Source: Candidatus Woesearchaeota archaeon (lineage in GTDB: Archaea; Nanobdellota; Nanobdellia; Pacearchaeales; GW2011-AR1). From it: a stretch of 64,000 bases of DNA. Where the stretch lies: NCBI GenBank assembly GCA_964514585.1, contig CAZETU010000002.1, forward strand, positions 1 through 64,000, written 5' to 3'. The notes under the pieces were generated by a model. The model was not told where the DNA came from. It did no database searches and saw only the letters and a program-made list of their open reading frames with translations. Of the stretch, positions 8,818-18,756 are shown piece by piece; within the stretch, counting starts at the first letter, position 1; every line of letters starts with the position of its first letter. A program made the position numbers and the translations under genes.

Positions 8818-10347
8818 ATGAGTGATATAAAGATAAATCTTAATCCGCAGGTGCCATCTATTCCGAAGTTTGACGATAAGACTAAGATTGATGTTCGGTA
8901 TATGGTTATTGAGCCGTATGTTTCTATTCATGTTTATTGGGACAAGGAAAAGAGGGAGGTTATTTATGATGTTGAAGAGCCGATTGTTTCTGATGAGAAT
9001 AAAGAGAATTTGAAGATAATTGAGCAGGCGATGCGCGAGATTATTAATGTGAATATGGTTGGTGAGGAGAAGACTCAGGAAATGTTGATTGATTATATTG
9101 ATAAGACGGCGAGGTTGATTATTTCGGAGTTGGGATTTTCGATTGATGAGAAGGATTATAAGAGGATGTTTTATTATTTGTATCGGGATTTTGTTGGGCT
9201 GAATGAAATTGAGCCGTTGATGCAGGATTATTTTATTGAAGATGTTGAATGTAATGGGATGGGGGAGTTTCTTTATATTGTGCATAGGGTTTTTAGGAAT
9301 ATTAAGACGACGGTGAAGTTTAATGATATGGATAAGTTGTCGAGTTTTGTTGAGAAGTTGGCGCAGAAGACTGGGCGTTATATTTCTTATGCGTCGCCGA
9401 TTCTGGACGGGTCTTTGCCGGATGGGTCTAGGGTTAATGCGACTTATACGCAGGATATTTCTTCGAAGGGTCCGACTTTTACTATTCGTAAATTTACTAA
9501 GACGCCTTGGACTCCGACGCAGTTGATTGGTTTTCATGCTTTGAGTCCTGAGATGTTGGCTTATTTTTGGTTGTTGTTGCAGTATCAGTCTAATATTATG
9601 ATTGTTGGAGGGACTGCTTCTGGAAAGACGACTTTGTTGAATGCGTTGGCCTTTTTTATTCCGCAGGAGAATCGGGTTGTTTCGATTGAAGATACTCGTG
9701 AGTTGAATTTGCCGAGGGAGAATTGGTTGCCGTCGGTGGTTCGAACTGGAGTTTCGAGTGCTGGTGTTGGCGAGGTTGATATGTTTACTTTGTTAAGGGG
9801 GTCGTTTAGGCAGAATCCTGATTATGTTATTGTTGGCGAGGTTAGGGGTAAGGAGGCGAGTGTTTTGTTTCAGGGTATGGCTTCGGGGCACGCTTCAATT
9901 TCGACGATGCACGCGGATTCTGTTGATGCTGTTATTCGTAGGCTTGAGACGCCACCGATTAATCTTAGCCCGATGCTTGTAAATGGATTGGACGCTATGG
10001 CGATTATGACTCATGCGATTGTTAATGGTCGTGAAACGAGAAGGCTTCGTGAGATTGTTGAGGTTATGAAAGTTCAGCCCGATGGTGTTGCTTTGACGAA
10101 TACTCCGTTTAGCTGGAATCCTGCTGATGATAAGTTTTATTATGGGAAGGATAGTAAGATTTTTGATAAGATTGCGACTAAGATGGGGCTTGATAGAACT
10201 GAGTTGCAAAGGGAGTTTGAGACGAGGACGCGGTTTCTTTATACTTTGTTTCAGAATAAGGTTCTTGCTTATGATGATGTTCAGAGGGCAATTAATGATT
10301 ATCAGAAAAATCCTAAGGAAGTTTTGAAGCAGTACGGTTTGGCTTGA
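8818..10347 (+). CDS. Type II/IV secretion system ATPase (TadA/FlaI family)
   Basis: Walker A GGTASGKTT, Asp box SIEDTREL, Walker B VIVGEVRG, GHASISTMHA. Confidence 0.95.
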   Translation: MSDIKINLNPQVPSIPKFDDKTKIDVRYMVIEPYVSIHVYWDKEKREVIYDVEEPIVSDENKENLKIIEQAMREIINVNMVGEEKTQEMLIDYIDKTARLIISELGFSIDEKDYKRMFYYLYRDFVGLNEIEPLMQDYFIEDVECNGMGEFLYIVHRVFRNIKTTVKFNDMDKLSSFVEKLAQKTGRYISYASPILDGSLPDGSRVNATYTQDISSKGPTFTIRKFTKTPWTPTQLIGFHALSPEMLAYFWLLLQYQSNIMIVGGTASGKTTLLNALAFFIPQENRVVSIEDTRELNLPRENWLPSVVRTGVSSAGVGEVDMFTLLRGSFRQNPDYVIVGEVRGKEASVLFQGMASGHASISTMHADSVDAVIRRLETPPINLSPMLVNGLDAMAIMTHAIVNGRETRRLREIVEVMKVQPDGVALTNTPFSWNPADDKFYYGKDSKIFDKIATKMGLDRTELQREFETRTRFLYTLFQNKVLAYDDVQRAINDYQKNPKEVLKQYGLA

Positions 10348-10383
10348 TTGGCGGACAACATTAATAAATAAGAATTTCTTTGA

Positions 10384-10572
10384 ATGATTGAGGTTTATAT
10401 GGAAGATATTGGGGTTATTGAACAGTTGGTTGCTTCTATGGATGATGCTATTGAGTTGCTTGAGAAAGCTGATGCTAAACATGATGCTGTTGAAGTGAAT
10501 CGCCTGAAGATTTTTATTATAGACTTGCATAAAAAAATTGCTCTTGCGATGGGAGTTAAGAATGTTAGATGA
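10384..10572 (+). CDS. Small hypothetical helical protein within the pilus operon
   Basis: 62 aa, host-like codon usage, overlaps the start of the next gene. Confidence 0.5.
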   Translation: MIEVYMEDIGVIEQLVASMDDAIELLEKADAKHDAVEVNRLKIFIIDLHKKIALAMGVKNVR

Positions 10573-11842
10573 TTTGAAGAAAAATATTTTGCATGAAAAA
10601 AAGATTCTTGCGGACATGAGGTCGGTTCAAACCAGTATGCAGGCGGATCCTGGGAATCAGAGATTTTATGTTTCGAGTTTGAGGTTGCTTATGCGGCAGT
10701 TGTTGTTATTGAATAATGCGGTTCCTGAATTGTTGAGAAATATTGCTCCGATTCCTAAGAGGGAGGAGATGAAGATTGTTCCGGACAGGAAATCGATGAG
10801 TAGACGGGTGGAACCTGATAAAGTTGTTAGGATGAGCTACGTTTCACCTTCTACTAGGGAAAAGCATTATATTACTATTAGTAAGAAAGATAAGAAGGAA
10901 TTTTTGCAGAAGCTGAGGTTGTCTGAAGGGAGTCTTTCTGGTATAAAGAAGATAAAAGAGAAGCGATCTGGAGTGGCTGTTGTTAAGCCTAGTGTTTTTG
11001 CGAGGATTTCTAATAAATATTTTAGGAAGCGGTCTGTAAAGCTGGCCGTTCCTTTTGCTGATTTGGGTAAGGATTTGAAAAAGGGAAATGTTCGATTTAT
11101 GCTTAATACTTATTTGTCTATGGCGATGATGTCTGCGTCGATTGCCTTTCTTGTGGGGCTCATGATTTTTGCGGTTTTGATAGCTTTTAGTTTGAGTAAT
11201 TTTATTTATATTTTTATTCCATTTGCTTTAGTGGGATTGGTTTTGGCGGGGTTTTATCTTTATCCTGCTGGCGAGGCAGATTCGATTCAAAAAAAGATTT
11301 CTCAGGAATTGCCTTTTGTGACGATCCATATGGCTGCGATTGCTGGGTCTGATATTGAACCGACGAAGATTTTCAAGATTGTTGCAACGTCTAGCGAGTA
11401 TCCTAATGTTGGAAGGGAAATTAGGAAGATACTTACTCAAATAAATATTTATGGTTATGATCTTGTGACGGCTTTGAAGAATGTTGCTGCGTTGACGTCT
11501 AATCGGAAGCTTTCTGAGTTGCTGTCGGGACTTGCTACTAATATTAGCACTGGTGGGGCTTTGAAGAATTATCTTGAGAAAAAATCTGAGAATTTTTTGT
11601 TAGATTATCGGCTTGAAAGACAGCAATATGCGGATTTGGCGGCGACTTTTATGGATGTTTATATTTCTATTTTGATTGCTGCGCCTTTGGTTTTGATGAT
11701 GATGTTTATTGTTATGAATGTTTCTGGTTTGGGTATGGGTGGGCTTGGGATTACGACTTTACTTACTTTGAGTATTTTTGGCATTATTATTGTGAATATA
11801 ATTTTTATTATTGTATTAAATATTAAGCAACCTAAGGTATAA
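10562..11842 (+). CDS. Type II secretion system F-family membrane platform protein (TadC/FlaJ-like)
   Basis: ISQELPFVTIHMAAIAGS...EIRKILTQINIYGYDLVTALK; several TM segments. Confidence 0.9.
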   Translation: MLDDLKKNILHEKKILADMRSVQTSMQADPGNQRFYVSSLRLLMRQLLLLNNAVPELLRNIAPIPKREEMKIVPDRKSMSRRVEPDKVVRMSYVSPSTREKHYITISKKDKKEFLQKLRLSEGSLSGIKKIKEKRSGVAVVKPSVFARISNKYFRKRSVKLAVPFADLGKDLKKGNVRFMLNTYLSMAMMSASIAFLVGLMIFAVLIAFSLSNFIYIFIPFALVGLVLAGFYLYPAGEADSIQKKISQELPFVTIHMAAIAGSDIEPTKIFKIVATSSEYPNVGREIRKILTQINIYGYDLVTALKNVAALTSNRKLSELLSGLATNISTGGALKNYLEKKSENFLLDYRLERQQYADLAATFMDVYISILIAAPLVLMMMFIVMNVSGLGMGGLGITTLLTLSIFGIIIVNIIFIIVLNIKQPKV

Positions 11843-12669
11843 TGAAACTTGAAAAAATGCACTGGCTTGGAATTGTTGCTGCGGTTATCTTAGTTGTTGG
11901 TTCGACGATTTTATTTTTTGGAAGTAATTTGTTTTATTTTTTACTTGTTATTTCTATAATTGTTGGTATTTTGCCTTTTATGCTTAGTCTTTTACTTAGC
12001 CAAAGTAAGCAGAAAGAGAAAGAGGAAAAGTTTCTTGCTTTTGCTAGGGATTTGGTTGAGAACGTTAGATCTGGGGCGCCGATTAGTAGGAGTATTATGA
12101 ATTTGAGAAATCGAAATTACGGTGCTTTAAGTTCGCATGTTTCTAAGTTGGCTAATCAGTTGTCAATGGGTATTACTTTGACAGATGCTTTGATTAATTT
12201 TGCTACTGAAACTAAGAGTCCGGTTATTTCGAGAGCTGTTGTTTTGATTAGTGAGGCTGAGAGGGCAGGCGGGAAAATAGATACTATTTTAGATTCTGTT
12301 GCTAATTCGGTTAATCAGACTGAGCAGTTGAGAAAAGAAAGAAAGGCAGCGGTTTCAAATTTGGTTACTCAAGGATATTTGATTTTCTTTGTTTTTATTA
12401 TTATTATGTTGGTTTTGGAGTTTAAAATTTTGCCTTTGGTTTCGGACTTGGGTGGTGGCGATACTGGATTAGCAGTTAGTTCTAAGAACATTAATCCAGA
12501 GGAGTTTGCTGCGCCTTTGTTTATTATGCTTTTAGTTCAGTCTTTTTTTGCGGGGTTGGTAATTGGGAAGATTAGTGAAGGCAGCGTCAAAAAGGGGATT
12601 AAGCATTCTTTTATTCTTGTCGCTACGACTCTTTTGATTGTGACTGGGGCGAGAATGTTATTTAGGTAA
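11842..12669 (+). CDS. Type II secretion system F-family membrane platform protein (TadB/TadC-like)
   Basis: FARDLVENVRSG...LISEAERAGG...GKISEGSVKKGIKH. Confidence 0.9.
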   Translation: MKLEKMHWLGIVAAVILVVGSTILFFGSNLFYFLLVISIIVGILPFMLSLLLSQSKQKEKEEKFLAFARDLVENVRSGAPISRSIMNLRNRNYGALSSHVSKLANQLSMGITLTDALINFATETKSPVISRAVVLISEAERAGGKIDTILDSVANSVNQTEQLRKERKAAVSNLVTQGYLIFFVFIIIMLVLEFKILPLVSDLGGGDTGLAVSSKNINPEEFAAPLFIMLLVQSFFAGLVIGKISEGSVKKGIKHSFILVATTLLIVTGARMLFR

Positions 12670-12708
12670 ATTAGTTAATTTTAAATAAGATTTTCTGTTT
12701 GGTATTTA

Positions 12709-13401
12709 ATGAGAGGGAAGATTGGATCGGGTCATTTTGAGATGATAATATCTTTTGTGTTTTTTGTTGGATTTGTGTTTTTTATTTTTATTTTTCTGGG
12801 GCCTCAAAATAGTTCGAGTTTATCGGGATCGGTGATTGCTGGGCTTCATAGTTCTTTTGAGGAAGCTGTTTACACTAATTTAACTACAATGTTTTTGAGT
12901 GCGAATTATACCGGGGCTTGTTTTAATGTTGATTTGCCTGAGGAAATTTTTGTTTTTCCTTTAGTTGATGATGGTATCCATGTGACGGATGTTTCTGGTT
13001 CAGATATTAATTCGGGTCTTAATGGTGATGATTTAAGTGTAGGTAGTGATGAAGATTATTTTAGGGTTTTTATTTCTCCGGAATTTTCGGAGAGTTCTGT
13101 TAGTGGCTGTCCTGTTTTAGTTGATTATCGTTTGGGGGGATTGGCTGAAAGGAATGTTATTTCTTATAGTGCTTTATTGAAGATGAAAGCTAATTATACT
13201 TCTGATTATGAGGGGTTGAAGGATGATTTGCGTATTCCTGGGGTTTTTGATTTTTCTATTATAAGTAGGGATTTCCCGGCGATTAATATGCAAAAACAAG
13301 TTCCTAATGGCGTTGATGTTATTGTCGAGGAACATATTTTTGAGGTTTTGAATTCTAGCGGAAGTTTAATTAATGGGAGGTTCGTTTTGAAAGTATGGTA
13401 G
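12709..13401 (+). CDS. Pilin-like hypothetical protein
   Basis: RGKIGSG/HFEMIISFVFFVGFV; N-terminal hydrophobic helix; in pilus operon. Confidence 0.6.
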   Translation: MRGKIGSGHFEMIISFVFFVGFVFFIFIFLGPQNSSSLSGSVIAGLHSSFEEAVYTNLTTMFLSANYTGACFNVDLPEEIFVFPLVDDGIHVTDVSGSDINSGLNGDDLSVGSDEDYFRVFISPEFSESSVSGCPVLVDYRLGGLAERNVISYSALLKMKANYTSDYEGLKDDLRIPGVFDFSIISRDFPAINMQKQVPNGVDVIVEEHIFEVLNSSGSLINGRFVLKVW

Positions 13402-14009
13402 TGAACAAGAGAGGGTGGATGAGAATTTTGGAGGCGACGGTGGCAGTTATGCTTGTGAGTGCTGTGATGGTTCTTGTTTATATGAAGCAGACGGATGATA
13501 GAGCTTCTGTTGATGAGTATTTTTATAATTTGCAAAAACAGATTTTGGCAGAAATTGGTTCTAGTAGTGATTTGAGGCTTTTAGTTTTGAATGATGATTT
13601 TGAGGCTTTAGATAGTTTTATTGCTAGTAGGATGCCTAATGGGGCCAATTACACGTTTGCTTTTTGTTTGCTAGCAAGTCCTTGTGTGATGACTTTTCCT
13701 TATATTAAGGCTACTTTAGGTAAGGAGGTTTTTGTTGAAGAGATTATTATTGCTGCGGATTTAGGAAATGGAACTAATGAAAAATATAATCCTACGAAGC
13801 TTAGGTTGTTTCTTTGGGAGGATATCGATTCTGTTCATGGTTCTGGGAATTTGTGTAATAATGGCAAGCTAGATTCAGGAGAAACTGATGTTGATTGCGG
13901 CGGCGGCGTTTGCTTGGTTTGTAATTGGGGACAACATTGTATTAATAATTCTGATTGTTGGGACTATAACTGTTCTTCTGATGTTTGTGTTGAGTATACT
14001 GGTAGTTGA
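13395..14009 (+). CDS. Pilin-like protein with C-terminal Cys-rich module
   Basis: NKRG/WMRILEATVAV; CNNGKLDSGETDVDCGGGVC...C...C...C. Confidence 0.7.
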   Translation: MVVNKRGWMRILEATVAVMLVSAVMVLVYMKQTDDRASVDEYFYNLQKQILAEIGSSSDLRLLVLNDDFEALDSFIASRMPNGANYTFAFCLLASPCVMTFPYIKATLGKEVFVEEIIIAADLGNGTNEKYNPTKLRLFLWEDIDSVHGSGNLCNNGKLDSGETDVDCGGGVCLVCNWGQHCINNSDCWDYNCSSDVCVEYTGS

Positions 14010-14071
14010 GGTTGCTTGTTTGGAGATTTTGTTTTGGCAAGATTTATTAATTTGAATATTGTTTTTGTTAT

Positions 14072-15832
14072 ATGATAAAGAAGGGTGTATCTGTGGTTAT
14101 TGCTATGGTGTTGATGATTCTTATGACTATTCTTGCGGTAGTGATTCTTTGGGGGATAATAATTCCGATGGTTGCTGATGAATTGCAAATTTTGGATGAG
14201 TTTGTAAATATGGAAATTGTTGCTGATGAGGGATATACTTCTTGGGATGATCAGAATAGACTTGTCGAGGTTCAAATTGCGAGAGGTGAGGATGATGCGG
14301 TGATTATCGGATTTGGATTGGTTTTTGTCATGGATGGGAATTCTGTGACTCATTATGTTGCTGACGTTTTGGCTACTAATGCGAGGAAAACTTATTATGT
14401 TAATTTGAGTAATTACTCTGGAGATCTTGAGGCTATTAAGCTTGTGGCGGTTTTTCCTAGGGGGAAGGTTGGACCAGTTATTAGTGAGTTAAGATTTGAT
14501 ATTATTGATTCTGAATTAGGTGGGCTTACTCCTGATGGTGGGTTTGTTGCCCCTAATTCTACTCTGCCTGGAGGCGGCGGAGGCGGCGGAGGCGGCGGAG
14601 CTACTTGTAGTGATGGTGTTAAAAATCAAGATGAGACTGATATAGATTGTGGAGGATTAATATGTTCTGCTTGTTCTGATGGTAGTTCTTGTTCGGCTAA
14701 CTCGGATTGTTCTAGTAGTGATTGTACTGCAGGAGTTTGTGTTGCCGTAGTAAATTGTGTTGGTGAAATAGATGGGGTATTGTGTGGGGCTAGTGGGGCG
14801 TGTATTAATGAGTCGTGTGTTGATTCTATTTCAATTACTGGGTGTGTTGATTTTAATTATTCTGATTCTTACTATGTTTTGGATCAAAATATTGTTCAGT
14901 CTTTTGATACTACTTGTTTTATTATATCTGCAAATAATGTTATTTTGGATTGTCAGGGACATTCCATAACAAGTCCTAGTATAGTGGGAATAGCTGGTGT
15001 TTATTCAAATAGTTCGAATAGTATTATTAAGAATTGTGATGTTAGTGATTTGGAGAACGGTTTTGGAATATATCTAGATGGTTCGGATAATTCAATTGTT
15101 TCTGGTAATACTGCGAATAATAACGATTTTGGGATTTATACTAGGGGGTCTTCTTATGTTAGGATTTTTGACAATGTGGCTAATGATAATGAAGTTCATG
15201 GGATTTTTCTGGGTTATGGCAATCCAAACAATATAGTTGAAAATAATGTTTTGATAAATAATTCGTTGGAAGGGGTTGATGTTCATTTAGATGCTTTTAA
15301 TACTACGATTAGAAATAATAATTTTAGTGAAAATCTTTATGCGATTTCAGTTTCTGATGATAGTACTGTTATTGAGAATAATGAGATATATGGATATGGA
15401 AGCTATGGAATTTATCTGACTTCTTCTGATAATTTGATTAGTAATAATTTGATTAGTAATGTGATTAATGGTATTTCTTTGGCAGGGGGGGCTTCAAACA
15501 ATGTAGTTGAAAATAATGTTATTAATTCTACTGCAACCAGTGGTATAGATTTTGTAGGTGCGACTGACAATGTTATTAGAAATAACACTGTGAGTAGTAG
15601 TGGTTTTGCTGGAATGAATATGTTTAATTCTCCTAATAATAATTTTACTGATAATAATGTGTTTAATAGTTCTAATGGGATTTATTTGTGGGCTGGTTCT
15701 TCGGGTAATATTATGGATAGCAATTGGGTTTGTAACAATACTGTGGATTTTTATTGTGTGGCCGCACAGGCTTTGACGGGTAATCAATGTTCTACTGGTA
15801 ATGGTTGTAGTGGATCTTGTAGTAGTTGTTAG
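14072..15832 (+). CDS. Pilin-domain adhesin: pilin + poly-Gly linker + Cys-rich module + NosD-type right-handed beta-helix
   Basis: KKG/VSVVIAMV; G10 linker; CSDGVKNQDETDIDCGG; repeated GIYL...SNN.I.NN parallel beta-helix repeats. Confidence 0.8.
   Translation: MIKKGVSVVIAMVLMILMTILAVVILWGIIIPMVADELQILDEFVNMEIVADEGYTSWDDQNRLVEVQIARGEDDAVIIGFGLVFVMDGNSVTHYVADVLATNARKTYYVNLSNYSGDLEAIKLVAVFPRGKVGPVISELRFDIIDSELGGLTPDGGFVAPNSTLPGGGGGGGGGGATCSDGVKNQDETDIDCGGLICSACSDGSSCSANSDCSSSDCTAGVCVAVVNCVGEIDGVLCGASGACINESCVDSISITGCVDFNYSDSYYVLDQNIVQSFDTTCFIISANNVILDCQGHSITSPSIVGIAGVYSNSSNSIIKNCDVSDLENGFGIYLDGSDNSIVSGNTANNNDFGIYTRGSSYVRIFDNVANDNEVHGIFLGYGNPNNIVENNVLINNSLEGVDVHLDAFNTTIRNNNFSENLYAISVSDDSTVIENNEIYGYGSYGIYLTSSDNLISNNLISNVINGISLAGGASNNVVENNVINSTATSGIDFVGATDNVIRNNTVSSSGFAGMNMFNSPNNNFTDNNVFNSSNGIYLWAGSSGNIMDSNWVCNNTVDFYCVAAQALTGNQCSTGNGCSGSCSSC
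14570..14599 (+). repeat. (GGAGGCGGC)x3+GGA coding a 10-glycine linker
   Basis: Direct reading of sequence. Confidence 0.9.
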
Positions 15833-15878
15833 TTTTTTGTGCGGGTAAATTTATATATCTGGATTGTTGTTTTTATTT

Positions 15879-17189
15879 ATGCCATTTGATGTTGTGATTG
15901 GGAGGAATGAAAGTGATAAAAAAGATTTTGGGAAGAGGGGTCTTGCTTATTTGGGGAAGAGTTATGTGACAATGGGGAATTATACTTCTCTTTCTAATCC
16001 GATTTATATGGATGTTGCTAGGTCTCATGTTATTTTGATTTCTGGTAAGAGGGGTTCGGGTAAGTCGTATACGATTGGGACGATGGCTGAGGCTTTGAGC
16101 GATTTGGGAATTGAGGAATCTGGGAATATTGCGCCGTTGATTTTTGATACGATGGGGATTTTTTGGACGATGAAATATAAGAATGCGAAAGATGCTGCTC
16201 TTTTGAGTGAATGGAATTTGGAGGCGAAAAATGTTCCTATGAAAGTTTTTGCTCCGTTTGGTTATTATCAGGAGTATCGGGATAAGGGGATTGATGTCGA
16301 CGCTGAGTTTGCGATTAAGATTTCGGAGCTTGAGCCTACGGATTGGGTGACGCTTTTCGAGTTGAAGTTTACTGATTCTGTTGCCGTTGTTATTGAATCG
16401 GTTGTTAGTGAGCTTCGGGAGAAGGGAGAGAGTTTTGGTTTTGGCGATATCTATGATTTGATTTCTAAGGCCGAAAATGTTGAGCAGGTGGATAAGAATT
16501 CGGCGATGGCGCTTTTTGATGCTGCGAAGACGTGGAAGGTTTTTGATGAGGAGCGAGGGATTGAGGTTCGTGATTTGATTAGTGCTGGGACGACGAGTGT
16601 TATTGATTTGTCGATGTATGCTTCTCTTGGGGCTTTTAATGTTCGGGCTTTGATTATTGGATTGGTTTCAAAGAAAATTTTTAATGAGAGGATGAGTTCT
16701 CGTAAGGATGAGGAAATTCAGGCGGTTCAGCATGGTGCCGATTATGCGCGGTATCGAGTTAAGCGGGAAATGCCCTTGGTTTGGATTTTTATTGACGAGG
16801 CGCATGAGTTTTTGCCGAAGGAAGGGAAGACTCCGGCGACGGATGCTTTAGTTCAGTTGCTTCGGGAAGGAAGGCAGCCTGGAATCAGTATGGTTATGGC
16901 GACGCAGCAGCCTGGGAAAATTCATACTGATGCTATGACTCAGTCGGACATTGTGATTTCTCATAGAGTTACTGCGAAGTTGGATGTTCAGGCTTTGAAT
17001 GATATTACTCAGAGTTATTTGTATGAGAGTATTTCTGATAAGTTGAATGGGTTGCCGAGGCTGAAGGGGAGTGCGATTATTTTGGATGATAATTCGGAGA
17101 GGATTTATCCGATGAGGGTTAGGCCGCGGTTTACTTGGCATGGTGGAGAGGCGCCGATGGCTATAAAAAAGAATGACGAAGAGTTGTAG
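15879..17189 (+). CDS. HerA/FtsK-superfamily (DUF87) ATPase
   Basis: Walker A GKRGSGKS, Walker B WIFIDEAH, LREGRQPG, ATQQP. Confidence 0.85.
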   Translation: MPFDVVIGRNESDKKDFGKRGLAYLGKSYVTMGNYTSLSNPIYMDVARSHVILISGKRGSGKSYTIGTMAEALSDLGIEESGNIAPLIFDTMGIFWTMKYKNAKDAALLSEWNLEAKNVPMKVFAPFGYYQEYRDKGIDVDAEFAIKISELEPTDWVTLFELKFTDSVAVVIESVVSELREKGESFGFGDIYDLISKAENVEQVDKNSAMALFDAAKTWKVFDEERGIEVRDLISAGTTSVIDLSMYASLGAFNVRALIIGLVSKKIFNERMSSRKDEEIQAVQHGADYARYRVKREMPLVWIFIDEAHEFLPKEGKTPATDALVQLLREGRQPGISMVMATQQPGKIHTDAMTQSDIVISHRVTAKLDVQALNDITQSYLYESISDKLNGLPRLKGSAIILDDNSERIYPMRVRPRFTWHGGEAPMAIKKNDEEL

Positions 17190-17228
17190 AACAACAAGAC
17201 TTATAAGGTGATTTTTGGAATTTTTGTT

Positions 17229-17921
17229 ATGGTAATTATTGCTAGAAAGATTGATTGGGTAAGATATGCGGATGCTATTGGAGATTACAATCCGGTTCAT
17301 CGGGATGATGCTTATGCTAGAAGTAAGGGTTTAGAAGGTGCTATTGCTCCAGGGATGTGGCTTGCTTCTCATGTCCAAGGTAAGCATGCAATTAATGGAG
17401 TTGGTCCTATAAAATTTAGAAAACCAGTATATGATGGTACTCAGCTTAATATTGAGAAAAATAGAGGCGAGAGTCGTTTACTTGCTTATAATATTTCTTC
17501 TGAAGGTGGTCTTCATTGCAGTGTTATGAATGTAAAAAGAAGAAGAAGAGATGGCTTAGTGTTGGATCCTAGAGAATCGCTTTTTGTTTACGATACGGAA
17601 GTTACTGCTGAAAGGGTTTCTGAATTTTTAAAATCTTTAAAAAGAGATGGCTTGTTGTCTGGACATTTGCCGGAAATGTTTTATGCTTCATTGGCTGCCT
17701 CTGCTCTTTTGGCTTTTGGAGAGAAACAAGGCAAAACGGGGTTACATGGTACTCAAAGTTTTTATTCACTTAAGCCAGCTGAACTTGGGCAGGTAAAAAT
17801 CAATGTTAAAAAAGGAAAGAGGCCGGGCAGGGGTGGTGTCGAAACTTCTGAATTGGAATGGATGCAGAATGGTGAGTTATTAGGTAAAGGTTCTGCGAGT
17901 TTTTTGCCTCTTGCTGCTTAA
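17229..17921 (+). CDS. MaoC-family (double hotdog) dehydratase
   Basis: YADAIGDYNPVHRDDAYA...IAPGMWLAS hydratase-2 motif (D-x4-H); second degenerate hotdog half. Confidence 0.75.
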   Translation: MVIIARKIDWVRYADAIGDYNPVHRDDAYARSKGLEGAIAPGMWLASHVQGKHAINGVGPIKFRKPVYDGTQLNIEKNRGESRLLAYNISSEGGLHCSVMNVKRRRRDGLVLDPRESLFVYDTEVTAERVSEFLKSLKRDGLLSGHLPEMFYASLAASALLAFGEKQGKTGLHGTQSFYSLKPAELGQVKINVKKGKRPGRGGVETSELEWMQNGELLGKGSASFLPLAA

Positions 17922-18706
17922 TTGGTTTTGAATTTTGCTTGCCAACGGAATCGTTTAGGTCCTATGTCGCCGGCTTTTCTGATTGAGATTTTTCCGATTT
18001 TCTTGTCGGTGTCTTTTCGGATTTCTTTTGTGACGCTTTCTTTTGTGCCGAAGCCGTGGTAGAATATTGTTGTTCCTTTTTTAGAGAGTTTGATTGCGGT
18101 TTTTAGGAAGGTGTCTTTGATGTTTGGTCTTGGCATTAGTATGACGTCGAATTTATCTTTGATTTTTGTTGGTAGTTTTTTTGCGTCGCCATTGATTAGT
18201 GTTATGTAATTTTGGAGTTTGTTTAGATGGATGTTTTTCTTTGAATAGGTGTTGGCAGATTTGTTTAGCTCGTTTGAAATTATTGTTGCTTTTTTGTTTT
18301 GAAGTTTTAATTTTCTTGCTAGGACGATTGGGTAAGGAGAGACTCCTGCAAACATGACTAAGATTTTTGCGTTTTTCTTTTTTGATATTGTTTTGATTAC
18401 TTCGTCGGATATTATTTTTCTTTCGTTTGATAGTCTTGGGGAGAAATATGTTTTGTTGATGTTGAAGCGGAAGGTGCAGTCGTTTTCTCTGTATGCTGTT
18501 TCGTAGGTTTTGATTCCGGCGAGATATTTTGTTGTTGGGATTCTTAAGACTCCTGAGAATTTTTCTGTTTTTTCCACGATTGTTTCAACTGTTTTGTGAG
18601 TTTTTAGAAATTTTTTGGCGCGGAGTTTTTTTATTATCCAGGGGGTTCTTCTTTTGAATTTTAAGATAGCTATTGTGCCGACGATGTCTTGGGGGATTTT
18701 TTTCAT
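17918..18706 (-). CDS. trm5: Met-10+/Trm5-family tRNA methyltransferase
   Basis: QDIVGTIAIL, YRENDCTFRFNINKTYFSPRLSNER, MFAGVSPY, DVILMPRP. Confidence 0.8.
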   Translation of the reverse strand: MKKIPQDIVGTIAILKFKRRTPWIIKKLRAKKFLKTHKTVETIVEKTEKFSGVLRIPTTKYLAGIKTYETAYRENDCTFRFNINKTYFSPRLSNERKIISDEVIKTISKKKNAKILVMFAGVSPYPIVLARKLKLQNKKATIISNELNKSANTYSKKNIHLNKLQNYITLINGDAKKLPTKIKDKFDVILMPRPNIKDTFLKTAIKLSKKGTTIFYHGFGTKESVTKEIRKDTDKKIGKISIRKAGDIGPKRFRWQAKFKTN

Positions 18707-18756
18707 AGTTAACAATGCTTCCAAAGATATAAAAAGCTTTTTGCTTATTATTTATT

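Noticed and set aside
6055-15832. Archaellum (flagellar) operon
   Set aside because: No FlaH, FlaF/G or FlaC/D/E; two separate TadB/C-like genes indicate a pilus.
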